NCBI GenBank assembly: GCA_001244265.2
Contig: CDLV01000012.1
Span: 868,001-932,000, forward strand
From: Microbotryum violaceum
Taxonomy: Eukaryota
Reading direction: 5' to 3'
DNA length: 64,000 nt
Part shown: in pieces, positions 39,384-50,055 of the stretch
Layout: every line of letters starts with the position of its first letter
Position numbering within the stretch: the stretch's first letter is position 1
The notes under the pieces: model-generated
What the model was told of the DNA's origin: nothing
The model's database searches: none
The model's input: only the letters and a program-made list of their open reading frames with translations
Position numbers and translations under genes: made by a program

Positions 39384-39887
39384 TGTTACCGACGGTGGAA
39401 CTTGGACGGCTCTGCTCTTGCTCTATATGGCGACTGAAAACTGGCCCGTGCGTCGTAGCGTAGAGGTCTACTAGTCTATGCACGGCCGTCACGCGTCACG
39501 TCTTATCTCCCCCCACCTGTGACTGTCTCAGCCGGTCCTAGGGGTCGATCCAAGTTGGAGAACACGACCAGCGCCTGTGAGTTGGGTAGCCAGCGTGGGA
39601 AGTGTTGGAAGCCAAGCTAGGAACGGAACCTGAGGATGAATGAAGCCACGGAGATAGAAGCCCGTCGGTAGAAATGCCCAATCACAGCGGAACACCCAGG
39701 CTCGAACCCGTTGGTCGCGCGCCCTCACGCGGGCAGCACGCGGCCGGGAACAGCCGGGAACACGAGTCTACACGACTGCGGAGGTCCCTTGAGGACCCTC
39801 GACCGGTCTCTTGTCCTCAGCGCCTCCCCACATTCCCAGTCCCGGCTTGGGTTCACGCACCACTCAAACACGCTCGCCTCGCCACCA

Positions 39888-41930
39888 ATGTTACCGCGGG
39901 AATTGATGCAGCGAGTCGCCAGGCCTTCCTTGCTCCCCACATGCTGGGGTACACGACCGATCATCTATCGCAGCTTCGCAACCACTCGACTCGCTCGCAA
40001 CGTCGTCAATGAGCTGCAGGCACGAGGTATGGTTGCTGATCTCACAAGGTAAGCGTTGTGGCGTTCATGTCTGAGTCGGCTCGTAAGCTCATGGTGTATC
40101 GCTACCTTTTGCACTCACAGTCGGTCGGTCATCAACCATGTCGAGCGACCGGTCACCGTCTACCTCGGCGTCGACCCGTCCGCGAGTTCACTACATGTCG
40201 GTAACCTCGCAGCTCTCGTAGGACTGCTTCACTTTCGGCTACAGGGGCATACAGCTATTGCTCTTGTATGTCCATCCGCTCGCCAAAGCTCATACTCCGC
40301 CTTTTCCACTGATCACTCGTGCTTGTTCGCTCAGATCGGAGGGGCGACCGGATCGGTCGGAGATCCATCGGGGAGATCGACCGAACGCAACGCCCTATTG
40401 TCCTCGCAACTCGACACCAACGTCCGAGCCATCACGTCCCAAGTCGCGGGCTTCCTCGACCGAGGCGTGCCTTTTGCTCAATCGCGTAATAGACGGAGGG
40501 ATTCCCCCGAGTCTGAATCTTCGCTCGGCCAGATAAGGGTCGAGAACAACCTCGACTGGTTAGGTGGGATGGGCCTGTTGCAGTTCCTCAGTTCGGTCGG
40601 AAAGATGGCGAGGATATCAACGATGCTTTCACGCGAGAGGTGGGTGGTTCAAAAGCCCATGCGATGCGCACGGAAGATCTAGTACTCTAATCTTGAGATT
40701 GTCTGCCTTCCACAGCGTCAAATCACGACTCGAATCCTCCTCGGGCCTCTCTTTCACCGAGTTCAGCTACCAACTTTTGCAGGCGTTTGACTTTCTCACC
40801 TTGCATCAACGTCATAACTGTACGATCCAACTCGGGGGGTCGGACCAACTCGGCAACATCATGTCCGGCATCGAGATGATTCGCAAGAACCAACTCCAGG
40901 CCCACACCCTTTCTGTCGATGCAACACCACCAACTACGGACGTGGAACCCAGAGTAGGAGGTGATCATGAAGATCCAGCGTATGGTATCACGATGCCGTT
41001 GTTAACGACCGCTTCGGGGGAAAAGTTCGGCAAGAGTGCTGGGAATGCCATCTGGCTGGATCCGGGCATGACTAGTCCTTTTGAGCTGTATCAGGTGCGT
41101 TTGAGACTTGGCCTTCAGTTTGGAATAATTCTGATATTGGCCATTGTCGGCGATTGTCACAGTTCTTCCTTCGGACAACAGATGAGGAGGTGCACAAGTA
41201 TCTCAAAATCTTCACTTTTGTGCGAGTAATTGAGCTGGAAGCCATTATGGCTGATCACAAGGTGGGTTTTGGGAGAGTGATTCTCATTCTGGTGCTGATA
41301 AAACTGACTTGTTTGTTCCTTGTAGGCCCATCCCGAAAAACGGGTCGCACAAAAGATCTTGGCGGCCGAGGCGACCGAGCTCGTTCATGGAGGTGAGTAC
41401 ATCCCGGAGACATGAGATTATCACGGCCCGGCGTACTTACTTCGATTCTACTCTCTGCAGCACTGGGATTGCGTCAGGCAATCGCCGCGACCTCCCTCTT
41501 TTACGGCTCGGACCCGGCAACGCTCGATCTCGCCCCTATCATCGAGGCGCTCGAGGCGAAATCGACGTCCAACTCGACCCAGCCGGAAGCGCAGCTACCT
41601 TCGATGATTCTAAATTTACCCAAAGAAGAGTTCCTGGGACAGGCATTGGAGAAGATTGTGATCGCTAGTGGATTGGCCACGTCAAAGAGTACGGCCACGG
41701 CGCGGTTCAGATTGGCAGTTGGACCTTGTCATTCCCAAACTGATTTGATCATTTATGGGTGTACAGCACAAGCAAGACGAGCGATCGATCAAGGTTTGAT
41801 CTCGATCAATGGGACTAAAGTTGCACCTAAGAAACATCAGAGGTCGATCGAGGTGGATGATTTGTTGCTGGATCGAGTGGTGTTGCTCAAGATGGGCAAG
41901 CAGGGGAATAAGGTTGTTGTATTGGAATGA
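39888..41930 (+). CDS. MSY1: Mitochondrial (bacterial-type) tyrosyl-tRNA synthetase
   Basis: YLGVDPSASSLHVGN, GGATGSVGDPSGRSTER, SFTEFSYQLLQAFDF, QLGGSDQLGNI, KFGKSAGNAIWL, C-terminal S4-like domain, presequence-like N-terminus. Confidence 0.96.
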
Positions 41931-42303
41931 AGTGATGGACCTTAAGCATGAGATTCCCGCTATTCACCCTAGACAACATGGTCCATGTCTTTATGTCTGC
42001 ATGTTTCGCATAGGTTCAGAATTTCGCTGGCGCCAGCTCGGCTCTCGGCCCCCACTTCTTAATTTCCCCACGTCGCCGCTCGGTCATGCTCTTGTCTCTC
42101 CTCCTTCGACACCGGCCGGCCCGATGCCCTCTTTTTCAGCGTCTGAGGTAATATTTTGAATATGTTCCGCGCCAGCCCAAGGTACCAATCTCTCAAGCCC
42201 ACTTCAGCAGCTCGATCGGATCCCTATCGACCGACGTCATTCCACCTGCACCTGACTCAGCGCGCTCCTCAACTTACCGCGCGGTCCAACTCCATTCGCG
42301 ACC

Positions 42304-44709
42304 ATGGTGATTGCAACCTCGTCGCCGACTCCGAGACGACTGGGAGGGAAGGAAGGGCGTTTAGTGACGTTGGTATTTGCTACCATCGTGGGGCTGTCAG
42401 CGGGCACCAACTATCTGTTCAGGTCAGTGCCATTGAACGTTGACTCGTTGAGCTCGGCGCGCGGATCGGCTCGGAGTGCGACTGCCTCGGTCATCGTCAC
42501 CAAGTCCGACTCTCCTGGTTGGCATTCGGGTCGGAGACTGAATATCCATCCACCGCGCCGGTCTACTGAGTTGAGACTTCCTACTCGAGATCGCTTCCAA
42601 TGCTGACCACCTACGAACCCCTCCGACTCCAGTGCCTACGCGCCACAGCTCGCTTCTCGCCTGGCTCTGTCCTCGACTCAGCTCAACCTCATTGGCTCAG
42701 CCGGCAATCTTGGTCAGTAGCGATAATCCACCTACACGCGTGAGAATGTGAGAATGTCCTCAATAATGAGACGGGGTACTGAATGCCACTTTGGCCTCCT
42801 TTTTCATCCTTTAGGTGTTTACCTCTCGGGCATTCCCATCGGCCGACTTGTCGATCGCCATGGGCCGACTTTTCTCTTGATTTTCTCCGCCGTGGCTCTC
42901 AGCAGCGCTTGTGAGCTGCATCTGCGAGTTTTGAAAAGAGATGCACTTTGCTGACGACGATCTTTCGATTCATTCTCCGACGCAGATCTGATCATACGAA
43001 GTATCTACTTTGGCGGCCAAGACGGAATTTTTTCCGCGATCGGGGTGCCGGGCCTGGCCCTGATGGAGATGTTCACAGGGATAGGTACGTACAGCCAGAC
43101 ACGATTTTACTTCGGTCTTAGGTCCACGTTTGATATGTGTTTCGTCAATGTGACAGGCTCGACTGCTGCTCTAGCAGCCGCAGGCAACGCGATCGCCCTG
43201 TCCTTCAAGAAGACTCGTGCCACAGCACTTTCGCTGGTCCTCTCGGGATTCGGACTTTCAGCATTCTTCTGTGAGCAGCGCTTGTCAGGATGTACCTCCA
43301 TGTTGAGTTCTGACCGTTTTAATTTTTTAGACTCGAGTATTTGGCGGAAAATCTCGCCGACAACTTCGGACCCGACCGCTGCGCTTTTACTACTCCTTGC
43401 GCTAGGGTGTGGGGCCTCAATGGCGCTGGGAGCCATCACTATTCGGAGACCAGCGATCATCATACCTGCAACACCGGCTCCAGTTCCACCCCCTTCGATT
43501 GTCGTAAATTCGCCATCCCCCGACGACTCGGAGGATGATGCCGACACCATCGCTGCGGGTCTATTCCCAAGCGAACGAACCCCTTTAGTGCGATCCAACT
43601 CGAGCAAATCGGTGCATGACGAGGTCATCAGCGTTTCTGGATGGGGTCTCGCAAGGGAGCTGGATTTCTGGTGAGTGCAGATTCAGAGGAGACATCGGAT
43701 GGCATCCTTCCGTGCTCATCCTCCGTTCACAACGCACCGAAGGCTCCTTTTCGTTTTCAATGGACTTTGCTCGGGCTGTGGTTTGATGTACATCAAGTGA
43801 GTCACTGTATAAGTCGTCACGAAGTCTACATATGCATAGTACCATGACTGAAACGTGTCACTCCGGGTCCGCCCATAGCAACGTCGGTACATTGGTTCGA
43901 ACACTTGCGCTTAGCCCCGGGAGCTCCGATCAACCCCCATGGCATGTTGCCGTGCAGCAGGCGAAACTCGTCAGCCTTCTCTCCGTCTTCAACTGCCTTG
44001 GACGACTGCTCACTGGATTCCTCAGCGACTTTATGCTCCACCGCGCCCCTGCAAAGTGGATGTTCAGTCGGATCTGGTGGAACGGTATGCTTGCAGCAGT
44101 CGGTCCTACGTAATTTGAGCAGCACACTCATTCCCATTTCTTTTAGTCTCCACGGCGGTCATGCTCGTCGTCGCCCAGATCACCATATCCCGCGCCTCGA
44201 CGATCGATGGAGTATGGGCAGGATTGACCGTACCGACGATTTTGGTCGGATTAGCTCACGGCTCCGTCTTTGGGATCTCGGGCATCATCGGACTCGAACG
44301 GATCGGGATCAAGCATTTCAGTGGCAACAACGGCGTGTTGGCGCTTGCCCCTGCAATTTTTGTAAGACCGCGTCGGGGCTCATGGCTCGAATGCACGGCC
44401 ACTCATGAAGCTCACGGTTGTCTTGCACAGGGTCAAGCAACGAACTTGATGTTCGGCAAGATCTGTGAGCCGAAGTTGAAGCGCCGACGATCCCGACCGC
44501 CGCTAACGCTTGAATGAGCTGCTCTCACAGACGATCACCAAGCTTCTCAGTTTTCCAAGCACCCCTCGGTCCTCGCCGCATCGACTTGCACGCTCGGACG
44601 GGACTGCCACCTCCTCTCTTTCCGCATCACGACAATGATGGCCGTTCTGGCTCTTGGCTTTGGTATGGTCTTGAGCAATCGACAGAGCATGAAGCGGAGA
44701 GCTGCCTAA
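42304..44709 (+). CDS. MFS transporter, nodulin-like/Mch1-like
   Basis: GLSAGTNYLFSAYAPQL, GNLGVYLSGIPIGRLVDRHGP, LSGFGLSAFF, LLSVFNCLGRLLTGFLSD, GLAHGSVFG, HFSGNNG. Confidence 0.88.
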
Positions 44710-44856
44710 AGCGACCTGTCATGTTTTCCTTTTAGAGATGTATCACCATGAGCGTCTTTTGAGACGTTGGATTAAAATATTACGATTAGAGCCTCTACAC
44801 CAGCAATAAGACGCTTGTATGCCACTACACCCTGACTGATCATTTGTAGGGCCCAT

Positions 44857-46369
44857 CTAAGCTTTCAAGCTTTTGGGTAACCCATCCGCACCCAAGAGAC
44901 TCTCTCCCTTACTCAAGCCCCTCGGACCATCCCCAACCTCGGTATGGATGATTCTCGACACGCTCCCATTCTCAAATACAGGGATGACCTTGTCATTGAA
45001 ACCCTCTGGCAACGTATCCTTAGCCACAGGCTTCAGGCCGAACGGATCCTCGAATCCTCTCGCCTGAGGGAAATACCTCAACACGATCTCCAACACGTCT
45101 TTGACGTCCTTCTCCTCCGCATAAAGTACTGCATTCGGTCCTGCATCGAAGGTGTAAGCGACCTTGAGTCGATTCTCTGTTTGTTTGGAGATTCGATTGA
45201 TCTCCACGGTCAAAGCGATGATGGCTTTCGAGACGTCGTTCATGTAAAAGATGGGGGGTTCGGTATCGAGGCATACGGCGTGGAATTGATTCGAATCAGT
45301 CATTGTCTCGAGAGCGAACGCATCGAAATCCTTGGCCTGGATGGCTTTCTCCATCCTCGCCATCCGAGCGGGTACGACGTGTTTGATTCGATGTTGCAAC
45401 AGTTCCGACGTCGCGACGGTCCTTTGCATTCCCGAAGTGGACGAGGTCCCCTTCTTGTGATCGGAAACGACGAGGATCAAAGCTTGCATCGTTGGCCAAT
45501 GCTCCCTAGGGGCGACTTGGACAGCAACAGAGTCGGAGCCGTCGGCTTTTTGTCCCATTTCCCAAACGACAAAACCACCGAACATGGAACGGCAGGCCGA
45601 TCCGGAGCCTTGTCGAGCGATACGAGAGAGGTCCGAGACGCTGATCCCGTTGGCTTCGAGGGCGTACAACGAAGACAGGGTCGCGATCAGGGCCGAAAGA
45701 CCTGATGCGGAGGAAGCCAGCCCAGCAGCGGTGGGGAAGTTGTTCTCCGAGGCGATGTGGACGGGCGAGGTCGATAGCTTGGGAAGGGACGAGTCCTTGT
45801 CCTAAGGCGGACCATTCTATGCCGTTAGAATTCTTTACACGGGCAACGTCGACTTGATCCCAACTAACCTCAATCTGTTTCCTCAAGGCCCTCATCTCAC
45901 TCAAACACCTTTCGGTCCTACCACCTTGCTGGATCTCCTCCTCGACGCCGTTGAGCCATAGTCGATCTTGCGACGACGCGGCACCTTCAATCACTTGCGC
46001 CGAGGTGAGGGAGCGCAGGTGGTCTTGGGATAAGGTGACGGAGAGGGACGAGTTGGTGGGAAGGACGAGCGAGGTATCGCGTTTGCCCCAGCTGTAGAGG
46101 TGAAGGAGAGTGAGAGAGGAGGGCGAGGAGGGCGGGGCGAAGGGAAAGAGCTGCACGTCAGTACACCTTGTACTTTTTGGAACGCGGCAGAGGAGCACCC
46201 CACTGACTATTTGACGACGGCGATGTTGACCTGTCAGCCAGATCAAAGCGAATCGAGAGGGGTGTCAGTTGACGCTCCCCTTCGTCCCCACCCGTCGAGC
46301 CCGGGCAGAGCTTGGTCAGATGAAAAGAGTTGAGTGACTGACGGCAGCGGTGCAGGTAGCTTCGGCCAT
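44857..46369 (-). CDS. MVD1: Diphosphomevalonate decarboxylase
   Basis: Spliced VNIAVVKYWGKRD, LPTNSSLSVTL, SENNFPTAAGLASSASG, ARQGSGSACRSMFGG, DSNQFHAVCLDT, YTFDAGPNAV. Confidence 0.97.
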
Positions 46370-46642
46370 ACTGAGCAGGCTGGGAGGGTGTTGAGGGTTA
46401 CGGGAGGATGAAGGACGTGAGAGTTGAAAGGCGTCGAACCGAGCCCTCGTCGCGCGCTCAAAAGCCACGCGTGAGATCGACACGCGCGCGCACGGACCTC
46501 TTCTGCGGCGTAACTCGGCCGAGCCAGTCAAGTCCTCCCATGAGATCATCTTCCGACTTCAAAACTTCTCATTCAAAAAATGGCCACTGAAACATCAGAA
46601 AAGCACCCTATACAAGTTTCTTTTGAGATACATGCCAAACCT

Positions 46643-48398
46643 TCAAAGCGTCACCTCAACCTCGGCCGCATCCTGCAACGACACCGTCCCCGCGGCCCTC
46701 TTCAATTCAATCATCAACTTCTCGGCCTTTCTTTTCTTCTCCTCTGGTGTCTCCTTCCTCCGTTCCGTCGCACCCTCCTCCCCCTCTTCCTCTTCCTCAT
46801 CATCATCCCCACCCAGAGACTTCTTCGGTCCCCCCGCTTCAAACATCGTTTGGATGAACTGCGCCACTCCAACTTCGCCAATCTCCACCTCGGCTCGAGC
46901 ACCCCAACAATACTCGATCGCGGCGTCCCCACCTTCAATCAGGTCCGCACCTTTCCCACGCACAGTACGTTGCGTAGCAGGAATGTGACCTGTTCGGGCG
47001 GCGGCTGCAGCGGCTGCTGCTGGCGCGGCACCGGATGCGGATCGCTCGAGGTAGCCTTGCTTGCACATCAGTTGGATGAAGTGGTCTAGGTTGAGGTGGC
47101 CTGGGTGGGACGAGCACGGTGACAGCGGGATGATCGTCGATGGATAAAGCGACAAGCGACGCAGGTAGGTGATGAGTTGATCTGTGGTTTGTAATCGGGA
47201 ATCGACTGGGTCAGATCCTGGAGACAATTCGGGCTTCCTTCGAAATAGAGACTGACCATCACCAAGGACCTTGCCGTTCACGAGAATGAGCGCCAGGATG
47301 ACACCTAGGATCCCATAGGCTGCACCTTCCTCCCTCTTGACATCCCTGATGTAACCCCCCTTCGCCTCGGCCCGCTGTTTCGTATGCAGACCCGACAGAT
47401 CCCCATCATCGTCGTCCTCGGCGTAATTGATCAGTTCGCGGGCTAGAGCCGACGATTCGGCGAGATCTTCGTCGACGGAGGAGGAGATGGACGCAAGCGG
47501 GCGAGCTGCTGAGGCACGGATGAGCTGGATGGGCAGGGTCGATCGAAGAGCGTAGACTTTGGCAGGGTCTGAGAGGAAGGATTCGAGAGATCAGCATTGC
47601 TTTCATTATCGGTTAGCGAGAGCGTCGGTGCCGGAACTGACTCTTGGCGGTCGAATTTTCTTTGGGTCGAAGGGCGACGAGTTCCATACCGAGCACCTTG
47701 CGCAGGTTCTTTTGCACCTTGGGGATGAGCTCGTTAAAGTAACGACCCTGGCCATCGGGGAGCACTGGACAAAGAGAATCGGCGATGAGGAGGAGGGTTT
47801 TCGATTGCCAAGTCGAGTCGCGCATGCACTTACCCGTCTTGACAATGTCGGCGCGGGAGTGGAGTTTGCGCGTGTACTCTGAAAACAGGATATGGCGAGT
47901 GATTCCCTTGACAAGATCTTCCTTTTCCTGTGAGGCAACCATGCGTGCAAGGTCAGCTCGGCGGGATAGGTTCTTGCGGACGGATCTTTACAGGTCGGCC
48001 CTTACCTGAGTTGACAGCGCCCCCTTTCCCTTCTTTTTCCGGCCCGTAGTTTCCTCATCTTCTTCATCGACCCCCTCGTCATCAACAACCTCTTCATCAT
48101 CTTCTTCGTCGTCGGAAGCTTGACGCGCCTTGCCCTTGCCCGATCCTTTCCCCTTCTCCCTCCCAACAGGCTTGGTCTTGTCCTTCCCTTTCCCCTTGGA
48201 AGGTTGAGGCTCCTCTTCGTCCTCGTTCTGGTCGTCTCTGTCTTGTTGCGATTCGTCGTCATCCTCTTCGCGTTCCGAGTCGGGCGCGACGCGCGAGGCT
48301 CGTCCCCGTTTCTTGCCGTACTAATGCGGCGGCGTGGACATGTCAGAGTTGCGGGCTAGCTGGAGTCAGACCATGAACAGACGACTCACGCTTGCCAT
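46643..48398 (-). CDS. NSE3: MAGE-domain protein, Smc5/6 subunit Nse3-like
   Basis: LVKGITRHILFSE, LRKVLGMELV, YILRS, YGILGVILALILVNG, QLITYLRRL, KQGYLE, EYCWGARAEVEIG; acidic N-terminus. Confidence 0.85.
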
Positions 48399-48496
48399 GG
48401 TGGATGAGCTTGTAGTTGTGGTGTCGATGGAGCGCGAAGGCTGGTCTGTTCTGCCTGTAGCGCGGCGTGGTACGGTCAGCGGTCAAAGTCAAAGCG

Positions 48497-48544
48497 ACGC
48501 GACGCGTTCGGGTTGGACGCGCGCGGCGGCGCTCAAATTACGCG
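48497..48544. promoter_or_regulatory. Cluster of MCB-like ACGCG(T) sites upstream of NSE3
   Basis: ACGCG at 48497, ACGCGT at 48502, ACGCG at 48517 and 48540, 100-150 bp from the NSE3 ATG. Confidence 0.45.
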
Positions 48545-48748
48545 AGCCTGAAGGGGAAGATGTTCGCGACGAATAGCCACCGTCCAGCCTTTGCTAATGG
48601 CGACTGGCCGCACTGCTCCTAATCTCCGCGATCGCCTTCTTCTGGCTGTTTCACTCCCGCTCCTCTCCTCGACTCGTTGCCCCGACCAAAGGTCCTCTCG
48701 CCCAATCTGACGTCCCATTTCATCAACTATTTCGCCAGGAGGGCCGAG

Positions 48749-49766
48749 ATGGCCAGTTCGCAAAACGCCACCTCGTCCTACCCCAAGCCCTCCCCCTCCA
48801 AGCCCTCCCCCTCCAGTGGCCATCGCACCTCGTCGGCTTCCTCGGTATCGGGCGACGCTGGCAAGTCATCAGAGCCCGACCGGATCGAGATGGAGGAAGG
48901 GTGTACATTCTGCGAGATCAGGGATCGGGTGCAGCGGGCTGCCAGGGTCGGTCATTCTTTCTCCGAAGCGGCCGTTCTCCGCGCGAGCACGATCAACTGA
49001 CCGACCCCTTCGGCGACGGCTATTAGGTCTATGAGGATGAGCACGTCATGGCGTTCCTGGGTGGGTGCTGCGAGCTCACTGGTTGATCCATTGTAGAGCT
49101 GATTGTATTCGTTTATTTGTGCCCCACTCAAGACATCCTCCCCATCAGAGAAGGTGCGATGCGGGATCACGTCACCGACTCACCGACTCACCGTCCCAGG
49201 CCAAGGATTATGTCCTCGCCGCCCCGTGACCGCCACACTGACACAGGCCACATATCCTCTGTTCACCACCCCCCAGGTCATCTTCTCGTAGTCCCCAAAG
49301 CGCACTACGCACGCGTGTAAGTGACCGCTCCCTCGGCGCCCCCAACCCAACGACAACTGACCTTCCCCCCCACCCTTTCCCCGTCCGAAAACCCAGTTCC
49401 CAACTCCCCTCCCTCCTCTCCTCCCATCTCGGATCCGTACTCCCGCTCCTCTCCCGATCCCTCGCCAAAGCGCTCAAGAACCCCGATTTCAACATCGTCT
49501 CCAACACCGGCTACGCGCAAATAGTTCATCATGTCCATTTCCATATCGTCCCTGCCCCCAACTTGAATCTGAATTCTAGCTCCAGCACGAACACGTCGAC
49601 GAATGCGAATCGGACTGGGTGGGCTAGTTTGGTCGGGAGGGAGGAACTGGATGAATCCGAAGGGGAGGCATTGGCGAGGAAGATCAGGGAGTGTGTGCAT
49701 GAAGAGTTGGCGAAAGAGAAGGAGGGGAGGGGGAAGGGGAAGGGGAAGGGGATCTCAAAGTTGTGA
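48749..49766 (+). CDS. HIT-family (HINT-like) nucleotide hydrolase with C-terminal SKL
   Basis: CTFCEI, VYEDEHVMAFLDILPIREGHLLVVPKAH, histidine triad HVHFHIVP; ends GISKL*. Confidence 0.93.
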
Positions 49767-50055
49767 TTGGCGAGCTGTACATGGATTGAATCTGGCGGGA
49801 CAGAGCGAACCTTGAATTCTAGTAGCATAGGTCGTAGAGCGTGTAACTGTTGTTGTATTATCCTCACGACGAGCCTTACATGAATATCAGGATCAAGAGG
49901 GAGCCTTTTCGCCCTTGTGTTCGCGATCACGAGTCAATAGCTTTTCGATTCGTTTAGAGTCGATTGCACTTCTGGAGCGGTTCATTACACAAATGCGGAT
50001 GAGAAAACGATACCCTTTTGTTTGTCATCTCGGGCCGGGAGTCCGGGACGTCGAA

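Noticed and set aside
39680..39720. GGTTCGAGCC on the minus strand resembling a tRNA T-loop
   Set aside because: The flanking bases do not form a 5-bp T-stem, and I could not build an acceptor stem or D-arm.
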